A DNA stretch of 64,000 bases from Acidimicrobiia bacterium. GTDB taxonomy: Bacteria > Actinomycetota > Acidimicrobiia > Spongiisociales > ZC4RG35. The translations under genes and the position numbers were made by a program. Positions 30,815 to 42,925 of this stretch are shown here, piece after piece. A model generated the notes under the pieces. The model had not been told where the DNA came from and did not search any database. It saw only the letters and a program-made list of their open reading frames with translations. The stretch covers positions 200 to 64,199 of the forward strand of contig WHUC01000001.1 in NCBI GenBank assembly GCA_009377435.1, given 5' to 3'. How positions within the stretch are numbered: the first letter of the stretch is position 1; each line of letters begins with the position of its first letter.

Positions 30815-31881
30815 TGGGTCGGCTTAGAGATCGAATCATGGTGGTGGTCTTGACCATAGGTGTGATTGTGGCGGCACTGGTGGCTTCGCCCCTCTCCGGG
30901 GCGTCGCCCACCACCACCCCGACCACCACCACCCCGACCACCACCCAACCCGAAGGGGCCGAGAGCACCGAGCCGACCTCCGCCGAGGTGTCCCGTGGTG
31001 ATCTCACCACCGATTACGAGTTGTCGGGGAACGTGAATTATGGGGACACCTGGGCGCTTCCCCTCCAGCTTGAGGGTGTGGTCACCTCGAACCGGGGCTC
31101 GGGTGACGTCGTCGACTTTGGTGACGTGTTGATCCGGGTGGGTAACGACCCGGTGTTCCTGATCGAGGGGGACACCCCGATGTATCGGGAGCTCTCATAT
31201 CAAAGCGACCGCCTCGAGGGTGCCGATGTGAAACAATTCCAGGAGTTCCTCATCGACGCCGGTTACGACTATTACGGCAGCCTCACCGCCGATGGGACCT
31301 TTGGTTGGATCACCAGGGAGGCGGTCGAGGATTGGCAGGAGGACTTAGGTGTTTCCGAGACGGGCAAGGTCGCGGTCACGGATATCGTGTTTAGCCCCAC
31401 CCCTCTTCGTATCGATAAGGTGCCCCGGAAGGGAACCACCTTCGATGGTTTGGAGGTGAGCAAGGCCGACCCGGTGGTGACGGTGGAGGTCGACGAGGAC
31501 GAACGTGACAAGCTTCCCGAGGATGGGAAGGTGAAGGTTGAGTTGTCAGACGGCACCGTCAAGCCGGGCAGGATCATCGCCCAGGAGCGGAAGATCAAAG
31601 AAGACGGCTCGGTTGTGTGGAAGACGACCATCGATGTGAAGGGGAAGATGGGCTCCGACGAAAGCTCGGTCTTGGTGACCGTCACGGTTGTCGAGGCGAG
31701 CGATGTCCTGATCGTGCCTATCCCGGCCCTGTTGGCGGTGGCGGAAGGCGGTTTCGCGGTTGAGGTGGTCGATGGTTCCGACACTCGTCTTGTCCCGGTC
31801 GAGGTGACCGAGGTCTTGGACACTCAGGCGGCGATTACCGGTGAGATCCAACCCGGTGATGAGGTGGTGGTGCCGTCATGA
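30811..31881 (+). CDS. efflux membrane-fusion (HlyD/MacA-like) protein with a peptidoglycan-binding domain
   Basis: N-terminal TM helix, Thr/Pro linker, PG_binding_1-like segment (VKQFQEFLIDAGYDYYGSLTADGTFGWITREAVEDWQ), beta-barrel C-terminus. Confidence 0.75.
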   Translation: MMGRLRDRIMVVVLTIGVIVAALVASPLSGASPTTTPTTTTPTTTQPEGAESTEPTSAEVSRGDLTTDYELSGNVNYGDTWALPLQLEGVVTSNRGSGDVVDFGDVLIRVGNDPVFLIEGDTPMYRELSYQSDRLEGADVKQFQEFLIDAGYDYYGSLTADGTFGWITREAVEDWQEDLGVSETGKVAVTDIVFSPTPLRIDKVPRKGTTFDGLEVSKADPVVTVEVDEDERDKLPEDGKVKVELSDGTVKPGRIIAQERKIKEDGSVVWKTTIDVKGKMGSDESSVLVTVTVVEASDVLIVPIPALLAVAEGGFAVEVVDGSDTRLVPVEVTEVLDTQAAITGEIQPGDEVVVPS

Positions 31882-32603
31882 CCGCCGACAGTGTGGTTCT
31901 CAGACTTGACAATGTGGTGAAGGAGTTCCCTGGTAGCCCTCCGGTGCGGGCCCTTGACGGTGTTGATCTGTCCATCGGCGCCGGTGAGATGACGGCTCTG
32001 ATCGGGCCGTCGGGTTCGGGCAAGTCCACCCTGATGAATGTGATCGGCACTCTGGACCGTCCCACGTCGGGTGAGGTCCGGATCGACGGGGTACCCACCG
32101 TCACGCTGAGCGACGCTCAGCTTGCGGGTTTGCGAGCGGCCCGGATCGGGTTCGTGTTTCAGCAGTTCCACCTGCTCGAGGGGGCGACCGTCCTCGACAA
32201 CGTGGCCTCGGGTCTTCTCTATCGGGGTCAGGGGCGGGCGAAGCGTCGTGCCGCCGCCACCCGAGCCCTGGATAGCGTGGGTTTGAGTCATCGGCTCCAT
32301 TACCGACCACCGCAGCTTTCGGGTGGGGAGCGGCAACGGGTGGCGATCGCCCGAGCCATCGTCGGGGAGCCGGCGATCGTGCTCGCCGATGAGCCAACCG
32401 GCAACCTCGACACGGGAACGTCGGAGTCGATCATCGGACTCATGGAGGAGCTCAACGTCGCGGGGACCACCCTTTTGGTGATCACCCACGACCAGGATGT
32501 AGCTGGAGGCTGTCGGAGGCAGGTGACGATCCGCGATGGTCGTCTTGTCTCCGACACGGCTTCTGAGCCGCGTCGGCTGACCGAAGTGGGGGCGGCGTTA
32601 TGA
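31878..32603 (+). CDS. ABC transporter ATP-binding protein (MacB/LolD type)
   Basis: [33 protein letters not shown]. Confidence 0.9.
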   Translation: MTADSVVLRLDNVVKEFPGSPPVRALDGVDLSIGAGEMTALIGPSGSGKSTLMNVIGTLDRPTSGEVRIDGVPTVTLSDAQLAGLRAARIGFVFQQFHLLEGATVLDNVASGLLYRGQGRAKRRAAATRALDSVGLSHRLHYRPPQLSGGERQRVAIARAIVGEPAIVLADEPTGNLDTGTSESIIGLMEELNVAGTTLLVITHDQDVAGGCRRQVTIRDGRLVSDTASEPRRLTEVGAAL

Positions 32604-33808
32604 CTGGTAGTGGATACAAGTCGGCGTGGAGATCACGACTGACGGCACCCGACGTTGTTGGCGTCGGTCTTTATGGGATTCGGGGCAGGCGTGGTCGAGC
32701 CATCCTCACCGCGATCGGTATCAGCATCGGGATCGCCGCCATCGTTGCGGTGTTTGGTATCTCGTCGTCGTCGAAAGCTGACCTCCTCGCCCAGATCGAC
32801 GCCCTCGGTACCAACCTGCTGGTGGTGACGGCCGGTGATACCCTCGGAGGTGACGATTCGAAGATACCCGTGGCGGCGCCGGACATGGCGCGACGGATCA
32901 GCCCGGTCCGTTCCGCCTCGGCGGTCGCGATGCTCGACACCGAAGTGCAACGCAACAAATATGACGAGTCACCTAACGGTCTCGATGTGTACGCCTCGGA
33001 GTCGAACCTGTTGGAGACGCTCGAGGGCACGATGACCACGGGAAGGTTCCTCGACGAGGAAACCTCCACGCTACCCACCGTCGTCCTCGGCTCGGTAGCC
33101 GCGCAACGTCTCGGAATCACAGGCCTCGCCGACCTACCCACCGTCTATATCGGCGATCAGGAGTTCGCAGTTGTAGGGATTCTTGATCCCCTGACTCTCC
33201 ATCCTGACCTCGATCGTTCCGTCCTCATCGGCGAGGCGGCGACCACCACCTATCTCGGTGCCGACCTCTACCCCACGCGGGTTTATGTTCGGACCACACC
33301 CGAACACGTTGACGCGGTGCGTAGTGTTCTGGGGCGGACCGTAAACCCGGGGGCACCCAACGAGGTGGAAGTGACCCGCCCTTCCGATGCCCTGGCGGCC
33401 CGCGCCCAGGTGGACGAGGGTTTGCAGAACCTACTCCTAGGTCTCGGTGGCGTTGCTCTCCTTGTCGGTGGGGTAGGAGTGGCCAACGTGATGGTCATCT
33501 CTGTCATCGAGCGACGTCAAGAGATCGGTCTGAGAAGAGCCATTGGAGCGACCCGACGTCACATCGGTGTTCAGTTCCTCATCGAGTCGGTGACCCTCAC
33601 CACCCTAGGTGGTCTCATCGGAGCGGGTCTGGGGAGCCTCATCACATATGTCTATGCGCAACAGCAGGGATGGACCATCGTGGTCCCCGTGACGATCCTG
33701 GGAGCCGCGATAGCGGCGGCCCTCACCATGGGCGCCGTCGCCGGTCTCTACCCGGCGGTTCGTGCGTCCCGGATGGATCCCGCTGAAGCGGTCCGGCCCT
33801 CTACATGA
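32600..33808 (+). CDS. ABC transporter permease (FtsX/MacB-type)
   Basis: 402 aa. N-terminal TM helix, large periplasmic domain, C-terminal FtsX-type four-helix bundle. Confidence 0.85.
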   Translation: MTGSGYKSAWRSRLTAPDVVGVGLYGIRGRRGRAILTAIGISIGIAAIVAVFGISSSSKADLLAQIDALGTNLLVVTAGDTLGGDDSKIPVAAPDMARRISPVRSASAVAMLDTEVQRNKYDESPNGLDVYASESNLLETLEGTMTTGRFLDEETSTLPTVVLGSVAAQRLGITGLADLPTVYIGDQEFAVVGILDPLTLHPDLDRSVLIGEAATTTYLGADLYPTRVYVRTTPEHVDAVRSVLGRTVNPGAPNEVEVTRPSDALAARAQVDEGLQNLLLGLGGVALLVGGVGVANVMVISVIERRQEIGLRRAIGATRRHIGVQFLIESVTLTTLGGLIGAGLGSLITYVYAQQQGWTIVVPVTILGAAIAAALTMGAVAGLYPAVRASRMDPAEAVRPST

Positions 33809-33858
33809 GATTACGACGGCCTGGCGCAAGAACTAATAATCGGTGGGACCGGAGCGAG

Positions 33859-34374
33859 GTGACGTGTTTTGACTGCTTCTACCAGCGGGAGCGCTCCGCG
33901 ATGATTCGAGCCATCACCCTGGTCACCGGTGATGTCGACCGAGCCGCCGATGCGGTGGACGAGGCTCTGACCAAGGCATATGCCCGCTGGGCGGAGGTGG
34001 GTACTCATGAGAACCCGGCCGGCTGGGTGTATCGGGTGGCCCGGAACGAGGCGATAAGCAGGTGGCGGAAGCTCCGCAGGGAGAGCACCACACGATATCT
34101 GCCGGAGCGGGTCTCGGAGGACCCCGACATCGCCGACGAGGAGATGACCGACGCGGTCGAGTCGTTACCCCAGAGGTATCGCGAGGTGGTCGTGCTCCGT
34201 TACTACCTCGATTGGACCCAGCCTCAGATCGCCGAGACGATCGGGGTTCCCCTGGGGACGGTGAAGAGTCGGATCGGCCGTGCCCTCGGCCAACTCCGGG
34301 ACGAGGTAGCCCCCCTCTCACCCGAGCCAGGTGATACCCGTTCTCGTCCAACGAAATATGTAAAAGGGATTTGA
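33859..34374 (+). CDS. ECF-subfamily RNA polymerase sigma factor (paralog of 20938..21489)
   Basis: IRAITLVTGDVDRAADAVDEALTKAY and EVVVLRYYLDWTQPQIAETIGVPLGTVKSRIGRA. GTG start preferred. Confidence 0.8.
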   Translation: MTCFDCFYQRERSAMIRAITLVTGDVDRAADAVDEALTKAYARWAEVGTHENPAGWVYRVARNEAISRWRKLRRESTTRYLPERVSEDPDIADEEMTDAVESLPQRYREVVVLRYYLDWTQPQIAETIGVPLGTVKSRIGRALGQLRDEVAPLSPEPGDTRSRPTKYVKGI

Positions 34375-34528
34375 CACGGCTCGGGCCATGGTCAGCTGGT
34401 GGTTGGATACCGTTTGGTGAATCGCTCGATGAAGATATTCTCGGACTCCACGTCGAGAAGGGCGCACCGGCTCCGATGTCTCAGGCGAGAAGGCACCCAA
34501 GAGGGGTGCCCCGAGCAAGGAGAGTGCA

Positions 34529-34933
34529 ATGAGGTACATGATCATGGTTTACGGTCCCCGTGAGGACCTGGATGCGTTCAGCAGTGGCGACTTCGGCGAG
34601 TGGAGCCAGGAAGACGTCGCGGCGATGATGTCACACATGGATGCCATCAACGATGAGCTCGCCGATCGCGGTGAACTTGTCGACGCTGCCGGTCTCGCGG
34701 GTCCCAGTCAGGCCAAGGCCATCCACGTCAGCAAAGGCCAAGCCACGGTCACCGATGGGCCCTATCTGGAGAGCAAAGAGGTCATGGCGGGTTACTGGAT
34801 CGTGAACACCGAGACCGCGGAGCGGGCGGTGGAGATCGCCGAGCGGGCGGCGCTGTCACCGGTGCCCGACAACGTGGATCCGGGCGGGATCGATGTCTGG
34901 CCACTCATGGAAGAGGCGCCGGTCGAGCTTTGA
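34529..34933 (+). CDS. YciI-like / DGPF domain protein
   Basis: MRYMIMVYG...VTDGPYLESKEVMAGYWIV is a YCII-related fold. Overlaps the next sigma gene (ATGA). Confidence 0.75.
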   Translation: MRYMIMVYGPREDLDAFSSGDFGEWSQEDVAAMMSHMDAINDELADRGELVDAAGLAGPSQAKAIHVSKGQATVTDGPYLESKEVMAGYWIVNTETAERAVEIAERAALSPVPDNVDPGGIDVWPLMEEAPVEL

Positions 34934-36186
34934 ACCCCTCGATCGAGGACCTGTTGCGCACCCTGGCGCCGCAGGTCCTCGGGGCCCTCATCCGACGCTA
35001 CGGCAACTTCGATCTTGCCGAAGACGCCGTCCAGGAAGGCCTTTTGGCGGCGGCCCTCCAGTGGCCCGAGAAGGGTATCCCCGAAAACCCCCGGGGCTGG
35101 CTCATCCGGGTCGCGTCCCGGCGTCTCATCGACGCGCTGCGTAGTGAGACGGCGCGGAAACGCCGCGAGGACAAGACGGCGGCGATGGGGTCACGCGACC
35201 TAACCATGACTACGGCACCGGACTACATCGGCCCACCCCGGGAGGACGACACCCTCGCCTTGTTGTTTCTGTGTTGTCACCCCGCCCTCACAGAGGCATC
35301 GCAGATCGCCCTCACCCTTCGCGCCGTCGGGGGTCTCAACACGACCGAGATCGCCAGTGCCTTCCTCGTCCCCGAGACCACCATGGCCCAGCGCATCAGC
35401 CGGGCCAAGCAAAAGGTCATCACCTCTGCGATTGGCTTCGAGATGCCCCCTCCCGAGGAGCGCCGGGAGCGCCTTGGAACCGTGCTACACGTGCTCTACC
35501 TGATCTTCAACGAGGGTTACGCTGCCAGCTCCGGCCCCCATCTGCAACGTGCCGAGCTAGCCGCTGAGGCCATCCGCCTCGCCCGTGTGGTTCATGGCCT
35601 CCTCCCCGAGGACGCCGAGGTGACGGGTCTTCTCGCCCTGATGCTCCTCAACGATGCTCGTCGCCCGGCCCGCACCGGACCCAATGGCGACTTGATCCCC
35701 CTTGAGGAGCAGGACCGTGGGCTCTGGGACCCGGCGCTGATCTCCGAGGGTGTCAAGCTGCTGGAGAGTGCCCTCGGTGGTGGGGTGATCGGTCCCTTTC
35801 AGATCCAGGCGGCAATCGCCGCGGTCCACATCGAAGCCGAGACGGCGGATGCCACCGACTGGGTGCAGATCGGCGGATTGTATGCCCTGCTGGAACGGAT
35901 CACCGACAACCCCATTGTCACGCTGAATCGCGCCGTTGCCGTGGCCAAGGCCCAGGATCCCCGTCTCGGTCTGGCGATGCTCGACAGGTTGGAGTCCGAC
36001 GGCCGCATGGCGGACCATCACCGTTTCCACGCCGTGCGGGCCCATCTGCTCGAAATGGAGGGCGACACCGCCGGGGCGGTAGCTACCTATCGCCGGGCGG
36101 CCAGCCGCACCCGAAGTGTGCCCGAGCAGCGGTATCTGCAGAGCAGGGCCGCCGCCCTGGAGGGGAACCCAGACCCGCCAACCTGA
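34930..36186 (+). CDS. sigma-70 family sigma factor with a C-terminal extension (SigJ-like, DUF6596)
   Basis: Sigma-2 (FDLAEDAVQEGLLAA) and sigma-4 (GGLNTTEIASAFLVPETTMAQRISRAKQKV) regions plus a ~200-aa C-terminal extension. Confidence 0.8.
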   Translation: MNPSIEDLLRTLAPQVLGALIRRYGNFDLAEDAVQEGLLAAALQWPEKGIPENPRGWLIRVASRRLIDALRSETARKRREDKTAAMGSRDLTMTTAPDYIGPPREDDTLALLFLCCHPALTEASQIALTLRAVGGLNTTEIASAFLVPETTMAQRISRAKQKVITSAIGFEMPPPEERRERLGTVLHVLYLIFNEGYAASSGPHLQRAELAAEAIRLARVVHGLLPEDAEVTGLLALMLLNDARRPARTGPNGDLIPLEEQDRGLWDPALISEGVKLLESALGGGVIGPFQIQAAIAAVHIEAETADATDWVQIGGLYALLERITDNPIVTLNRAVAVAKAQDPRLGLAMLDRLESDGRMADHHRFHAVRAHLLEMEGDTAGAVATYRRAASRTRSVPEQRYLQSRAAALEGNPDPPT

Positions 36187-36228
36187 GGTTCGGCTGTACC
36201 TGGAGGTACAAAATCAGCTGATGTTGGG
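36175..36228 (+). repeat. copy 1 of a ~55-nt intergenic repeat (CCGCCAACCTGAG..TGTACCTGGAGGTACAAAATCAGCTGATGTTGGG)
   Basis: Shares 85-90% identity with the copies at 37383 and 41433. Overlaps the sigma-gene stop codon. Contains GTACC-N4-GGTAC and ATCAGCTGAT palindromes. Confidence 0.6.
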
Positions 36229-36327
36229 AGGCGGCCTCACCGTGGGCGGGCTGACCATCATCCCCGTGGACACCATTGCCGATAGATGTGACACAAACAA
36301 GTCGACGCCAGCCTTGCCCGCGCCCGA

Positions 36328-36576
36328 TCACGGGTGGGTCACGGTCACCCACCCTCCTCCGGGCACCTCTTCGAGACGCTCCTCGGCCCCGTCGGGCCAG
36401 CGGACCTCTACCGCGGCAACGGTGGCGACGCTCTCGCCCAATCCGAAATGGGCTCTGGGGTCCTCGGAGGCGAGATAGCTGCCCCCGGTGCGCAGCTCGC
36501 GAACCAAAGACGCTCGTCGGCTGAACCGGGCACCACCCATGACCGATCTGGGTCGACCCGTCTCTTCCTCGCCCAT
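36328..36576 (-). pseudogene. ASPIC/UnbV (CRTAC1-family) C-terminal remnant
   Basis: VRELRTGGSYLASEDPRAHFGLGESVATVAAVEVRWPDGAEERLEEV matches the UnbV_ASPIC domain tail. The 400 or more upstream residues are absent, replaced by the YciI gene on the other strand. Confidence 0.45.
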
Positions 36577-36635
36577 CTACGCCGGTGTCTCCAATAAGGT
36601 GACTGTCACCGGCACCGGATCCCCGAGGAGCGAAC

Positions 36636-37028
36636 GTGATGTATCTGATGATGATCTACGCCGACCAATCGGACTGGGACGCCCTGGGCACCGGTGCCAC
36701 GGGAGAACCGGTCTGGTCCGAGGACGATGTCCAGGCGATGTACGGGTTCATGGAGGCCTTGAACAACGACCTCGCCACTTCCGGAGAGCTGATCGCCGCC
36801 GCCGGGTTGGCCGACCCGACCCACACCAAGATCGTTCAGATGAAGGACGGAGTCCCCATGGTGACGGACGGGCCCTACATGGAAGCCAAGGAGGTTGTGG
36901 GTGGCTACTGGGTGCTCGAATGTGAGAGCCTCCAGCGCGTGATCGAGATCGCCCAACGTGTGGTGAGTGCGCCGCAACCCGAGGGAGTCGAGCCCGGCGC
37001 GGTGGAAATTCGGCCGATCGCGGGCTGA
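36636..37028 (+). CDS. YciI-like / DGPF domain protein (paralog of 34529)
   Basis: MMYLMMIYAD...VTDGPYMEAKEVVGGYWVLE. Confidence 0.75.
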   Translation: MMYLMMIYADQSDWDALGTGATGEPVWSEDDVQAMYGFMEALNNDLATSGELIAAAGLADPTHTKIVQMKDGVPMVTDGPYMEAKEVVGGYWVLECESLQRVIEIAQRVVSAPQPEGVEPGAVEIRPIAG

Positions 37029-37151
37029 ATCCAAGATTTCTTGGATACGGATGTCGAGTGAGTTCCCTGGAACGACCTTGCGGGTCTGACGTTTGGCCGG
37101 CCCCTGATGGGGAATAGAACCTGTTGAACCCCGCCGAGGCAAGGAGAAGTC

Positions 37152-37355
37152 ATGGATAGTCCCTCAGGAACCAAGTGGGAAGGTCGATGGGACCAGCTCA
37201 AGGGCAAGGCCAGACAGGCCTGGGGAAACCTAACCGACGACGACCTCGATGTCGCCCAAGGCAACTACGAGGAGCTGGTCGGGCGCATCAAGGAGAAGAC
37301 GGGCGAGTCCGAAGAGGCGATCCGAGGGCGTCTCGATCGTGACGACGAAATCTGA
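37152..37355 (+). CDS. CsbD-family stress protein
   Basis: GKWDQLKGKARQAWGNLTDDDLDVAQGNYEELVGRIKEKTG is the canonical CsbD motif. RBS aaggagaag. Confidence 0.8.
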   Translation: MDSPSGTKWEGRWDQLKGKARQAWGNLTDDDLDVAQGNYEELVGRIKEKTGESEEAIRGRLDRDDEI

Positions 37356-37382
37356 CCATCCAAGCTGGTTCGCCGGTTGAGA

Positions 37383-37437
37383 GCGCCAACCTGAGTGCAC
37401 GGCTGTGCCTGGAGGTACAAAATCAGCTGATGGTCGG
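37383..37437 (+). repeat. copy 2 of the ~55-nt repeat
   Basis: GCGCCAACCTGAGTGCACGGCTGTGCCTGGAGGTACAAAATCAGCTGATGGTCGGG. Lies between convergent genes. Confidence 0.6.
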
Positions 37438-38630
37438 GCTGTTCACCGATCCGACTAGCTCCCACAGGTCGTCGGGCTCCTCTGCGGGAGGGGAATCGAG
37501 CTCCCAGGCGCCCGACCGCTTCGCAAACCGCCACCACCTCCCGTCGCTGCCGAGGCGGATCTGGAGGTCGCCGACCGTCAACATGTTGAGACGGACTTTC
37601 ACCTGGGAGGGGGGAGCGCCGGCGGTGACCAGCGCTCCACGGGCAACCGCCATCGCCCGTGGGTCGGGGCGCCACGGCGGTTCCTCCAACACCCGCACCC
37701 CGGCCGCGCCGCCGTGACGCCAGGCGATCGCCCGCCGGGCCAGTCGACGCCGGTTCGCTCCCGAGGCCTCCACCAGACGATCCCAACCGGGGGTTCCCAG
37801 AGTCGAAGCCGCTCGGCGGGCCATGTCGGTGTCATGGTCGTCGGCCAGCCCCGAGGTGCCCTCGCCGCGGTAGGCGCTCCAGGCCCGTTCGACCGCGTCG
37901 ACTGCCAGCGCCCTGAGACCCGCGGCGGTGAACGGGGCGTCGGCCGGGGGGTCAACCGGCAATGCGGCGGGGGTTCCGGGCCGGGATCGGGTCGGCGGAG
38001 GCACGGGCAGCTCGCCGAGGGGCCGAGCCCACGCCTCGACGGCTCGGATCGCCTCGTCCTCGGAGGGTGACGGGGCGGCAGATGTGTCCCGCGGGGCCGG
38101 GTCGGAGCGTCTGCGCCGCAGCGCCGCCAGCACCTGGTCGCGATAGAGGCCCCGCAGCGTGAGGAGGGCGAACGGGTCGGCGTCGAGCTCGCGGGCCACC
38201 AGATAGCAGACGGCGGCGGAGTGCTTGCACGGGTCGGCCCAGTCGGGGCAGGAGCACCGGGGCTGGAGATCGCCGACGTCGGGAAGCAGCTCCACGCCGA
38301 CGGCACGGGCGTCCTCGACGACGGCCGGCTCGAGCTCGCCGTCGAGGAGGGCAGCGGCATGTCCCGCCTTGGAGGCGATGGCGTCGAGGACACGGTCCCA
38401 CTCGGACTGGTCGAATCGGCGCACCCGGACCCGCACCTGGTACGGCGTCCGTCGGCGACCCTGCACCGAGGCCCGGATCTCTCCGGGTGACAGCTCCAGA
38501 TGGGTGGCCCGGTCCTGGCGGGCGTAGGTGCGCCCCCGGGGGAGACGATTGGGGTCGAGGCGGGCCCGCTGCTCGAGCGCCTCCAGCCAGGCTCTTGCCC
38601 ACCACGACGATCCAAAGTCGCGCCGGGCCA

Positions 38631-38631
<1 letters not shown>
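37423..38631 (-). CDS. SWIM zinc-finger protein (SNF2-helicase-associated)
   Basis: MARRDFGSSWWARAWLEALE and SWIM motif CSCPDW...CKHSAAVCYLV. Pro/Ala-rich C-terminus. Its ATG overlaps the SNF2 stop (TGATG). Confidence 0.75.
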
Positions 38632-41393
<2,762 letters not shown>

Positions 41394-41432
41394 CGTCCGA
41401 TCCTAGATCGCTGGTGAGGGGTCCAATCCCCC

Positions 41433-41483
41433 GCAAACCCGCCAACCTTGTACCTGGAGGTACAAAACCAGGCTGATGTTCGG
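41433..41483 (+). repeat. copy 3 of the ~55-nt repeat (no 10-nt internal insert)
   Basis: CCGCCAACCTTGTACCTGGAGGTACAAAACCAGGCTGATGTTCGGG. Lies in the divergent promoter region between the SNF2 gene and the MazE-like antitoxin. Confidence 0.6.
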
Positions 41484-41522
41484 GCCCATGGCATTTGGTT
41501 ACCGACGTGGTAGGCTTGATGC

Positions 41523-41774
41523 ATGTCACAGCAGATTGCAGTACGCATACCGGATGATCTCGCAGGTCGACTCGATAGCCTCGTTGATGAGGGTCACTAT
41601 GCGACGCTTGCTGACGCAGTTAGGGCGGGAATTCGCGAGCTCATAGAACGGCGTGAGGAACGGGAGATCGACGAACGGATCATTGAGGGTTATCGAAGAA
41701 CGCCGCCCACCGCCGCCGACGAGGCTTGGGCAGAGAGATCCGGTAGAGAGCTCATCGCCGAGGAACCGTGGTAA
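41523..41774 (+). CDS. ribbon-helix-helix (CopG/MazE-like) antitoxin
   Basis: N-terminal RHH fold (IAVRIPDDLAGRLDSLV). Overlaps the toxin start. Confidence 0.7.
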   Translation: MSQQIAVRIPDDLAGRLDSLVDEGHYATLADAVRAGIRELIERREEREIDERIIEGYRRTPPTAADEAWAERSGRELIAEEPW

Positions 41775-42103
41775 CCCGCCCTTCGCGAGGAGAAATTTGG
41801 TGGGCAGAGGAACCGGAGATCGGAAGACGACCCGTCCTCGTCATCAGCCGTGACAGGGCGATCGACGTCTTGACCTGGGTCCTGGTGGCTCCTGTCACCC
41901 GTACCGTCCGAGACATCCCTACCGAGGTGAAGGTCGATGAAGAAGAGGGCATGCCCCAGACCTGCGCCGTCACACTCGACAACATTCGACCAATGCGAAA
42001 AGCTCTCCTGACCGAGTGGATCACAACGCTGGGACACAACAGGATGAACGAGGTCTGTGCGGCGCTTCTCACCGCTGTCGACTGCCGAGCTACGGCTCAT
42101 TGA
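41768..42103 (+). CDS. MazF/PemK-family endoribonuclease toxin
   Basis: RGEIWWAEE...RPVLVISRD...VAPVT is the MazF signature. GTG start. Confidence 0.8.
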   Translation: MVTRPSRGEIWWAEEPEIGRRPVLVISRDRAIDVLTWVLVAPVTRTVRDIPTEVKVDEEEGMPQTCAVTLDNIRPMRKALLTEWITTLGHNRMNEVCAALLTAVDCRATAH

Positions 42104-42124
42104 GGCAATTGCACCGATCTGCAC

Positions 42125-42925
42125 TCACAGCGAGCTGCCGATGGCCAAGCGACGAACGTCGGCGGCGGCTCTCAAGGAGACGAGTTCGTGCGAGGCCGGC
42201 TCGCCAACACCTGCCCGATGTTGTTCCCACGCCCCGACAACGTCGCCGATCACCCACACCGCAGGGCTGCGCACCTCGACCTCACCAGCCGCTACGGACG
42301 CCAGGTCCGACACCACCACCCGCTCCTCGGGGGTGCTTCCCGACTCGATGAAGGCGACCGGTTGAGTGGCCTGGCGACCCGCCTCGATGAGACCCCGGGC
42401 CAACCGCACTCGGTGGCGGATCCCCATCAACACCACCAGGGTGTCGACGGCCACATAGGGGCCGAGGTCGGCAACCCCGGTGCGACGATGACCCGTGATG
42501 ACGGCGAAACCCGAGGCGACATCCCGCAGGGTCAGGGGCAGCCCCAGGGTGGCGGGGAGACCGATCGCCGACGATATCCCCGGTACCACGGTGGCGTCGA
42601 TCCCGTCCTCGGCCAGTGCCACCAGCTCCTCACCGGCACGACCGAAGACCATGGGGTCGCCCCCTTTGAGCCGGACCACATTCGCCCCGGCCCGGGCGTA
42701 GGACACCATCAGCCGGTGGATGCGCTGCTGGATCTCCTCGGCCCGCCCGGGAAGCTTGCCGACGTCGATCAACTCGGGCCGGACACCGGCCACCGACAGC
42801 ACATCTCGGGAGACGAGACGGTCGTGGAGAATGACATCCGCCTCCTCCATGAGCCGCACCGCCCGCAGGGTCAACAGGTCGGCCGCTCCCGGACCGGCAC
42901 CGACCAACGCCACTGAACCTGTCAT
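42125..42925 (-). CDS. cobA: uroporphyrinogen-III C-methyltransferase
   Basis: VALVGAGPGAADLLTLRA, GGDPMVFGR and other SUMT motifs. ATGA overlap with the upstream gene. Confidence 0.85.
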   Translation of the reverse strand: MTGSVALVGAGPGAADLLTLRAVRLMEEADVILHDRLVSRDVLSVAGVRPELIDVGKLPGRAEEIQQRIHRLMVSYARAGANVVRLKGGDPMVFGRAGEELVALAEDGIDATVVPGISSAIGLPATLGLPLTLRDVASGFAVITGHRRTGVADLGPYVAVDTLVVLMGIRHRVRLARGLIEAGRQATQPVAFIESGSTPEERVVVSDLASVAAGEVEVRSPAVWVIGDVVGAWEQHRAGVGEPASHELVSLRAAADVRRLAIGSSL

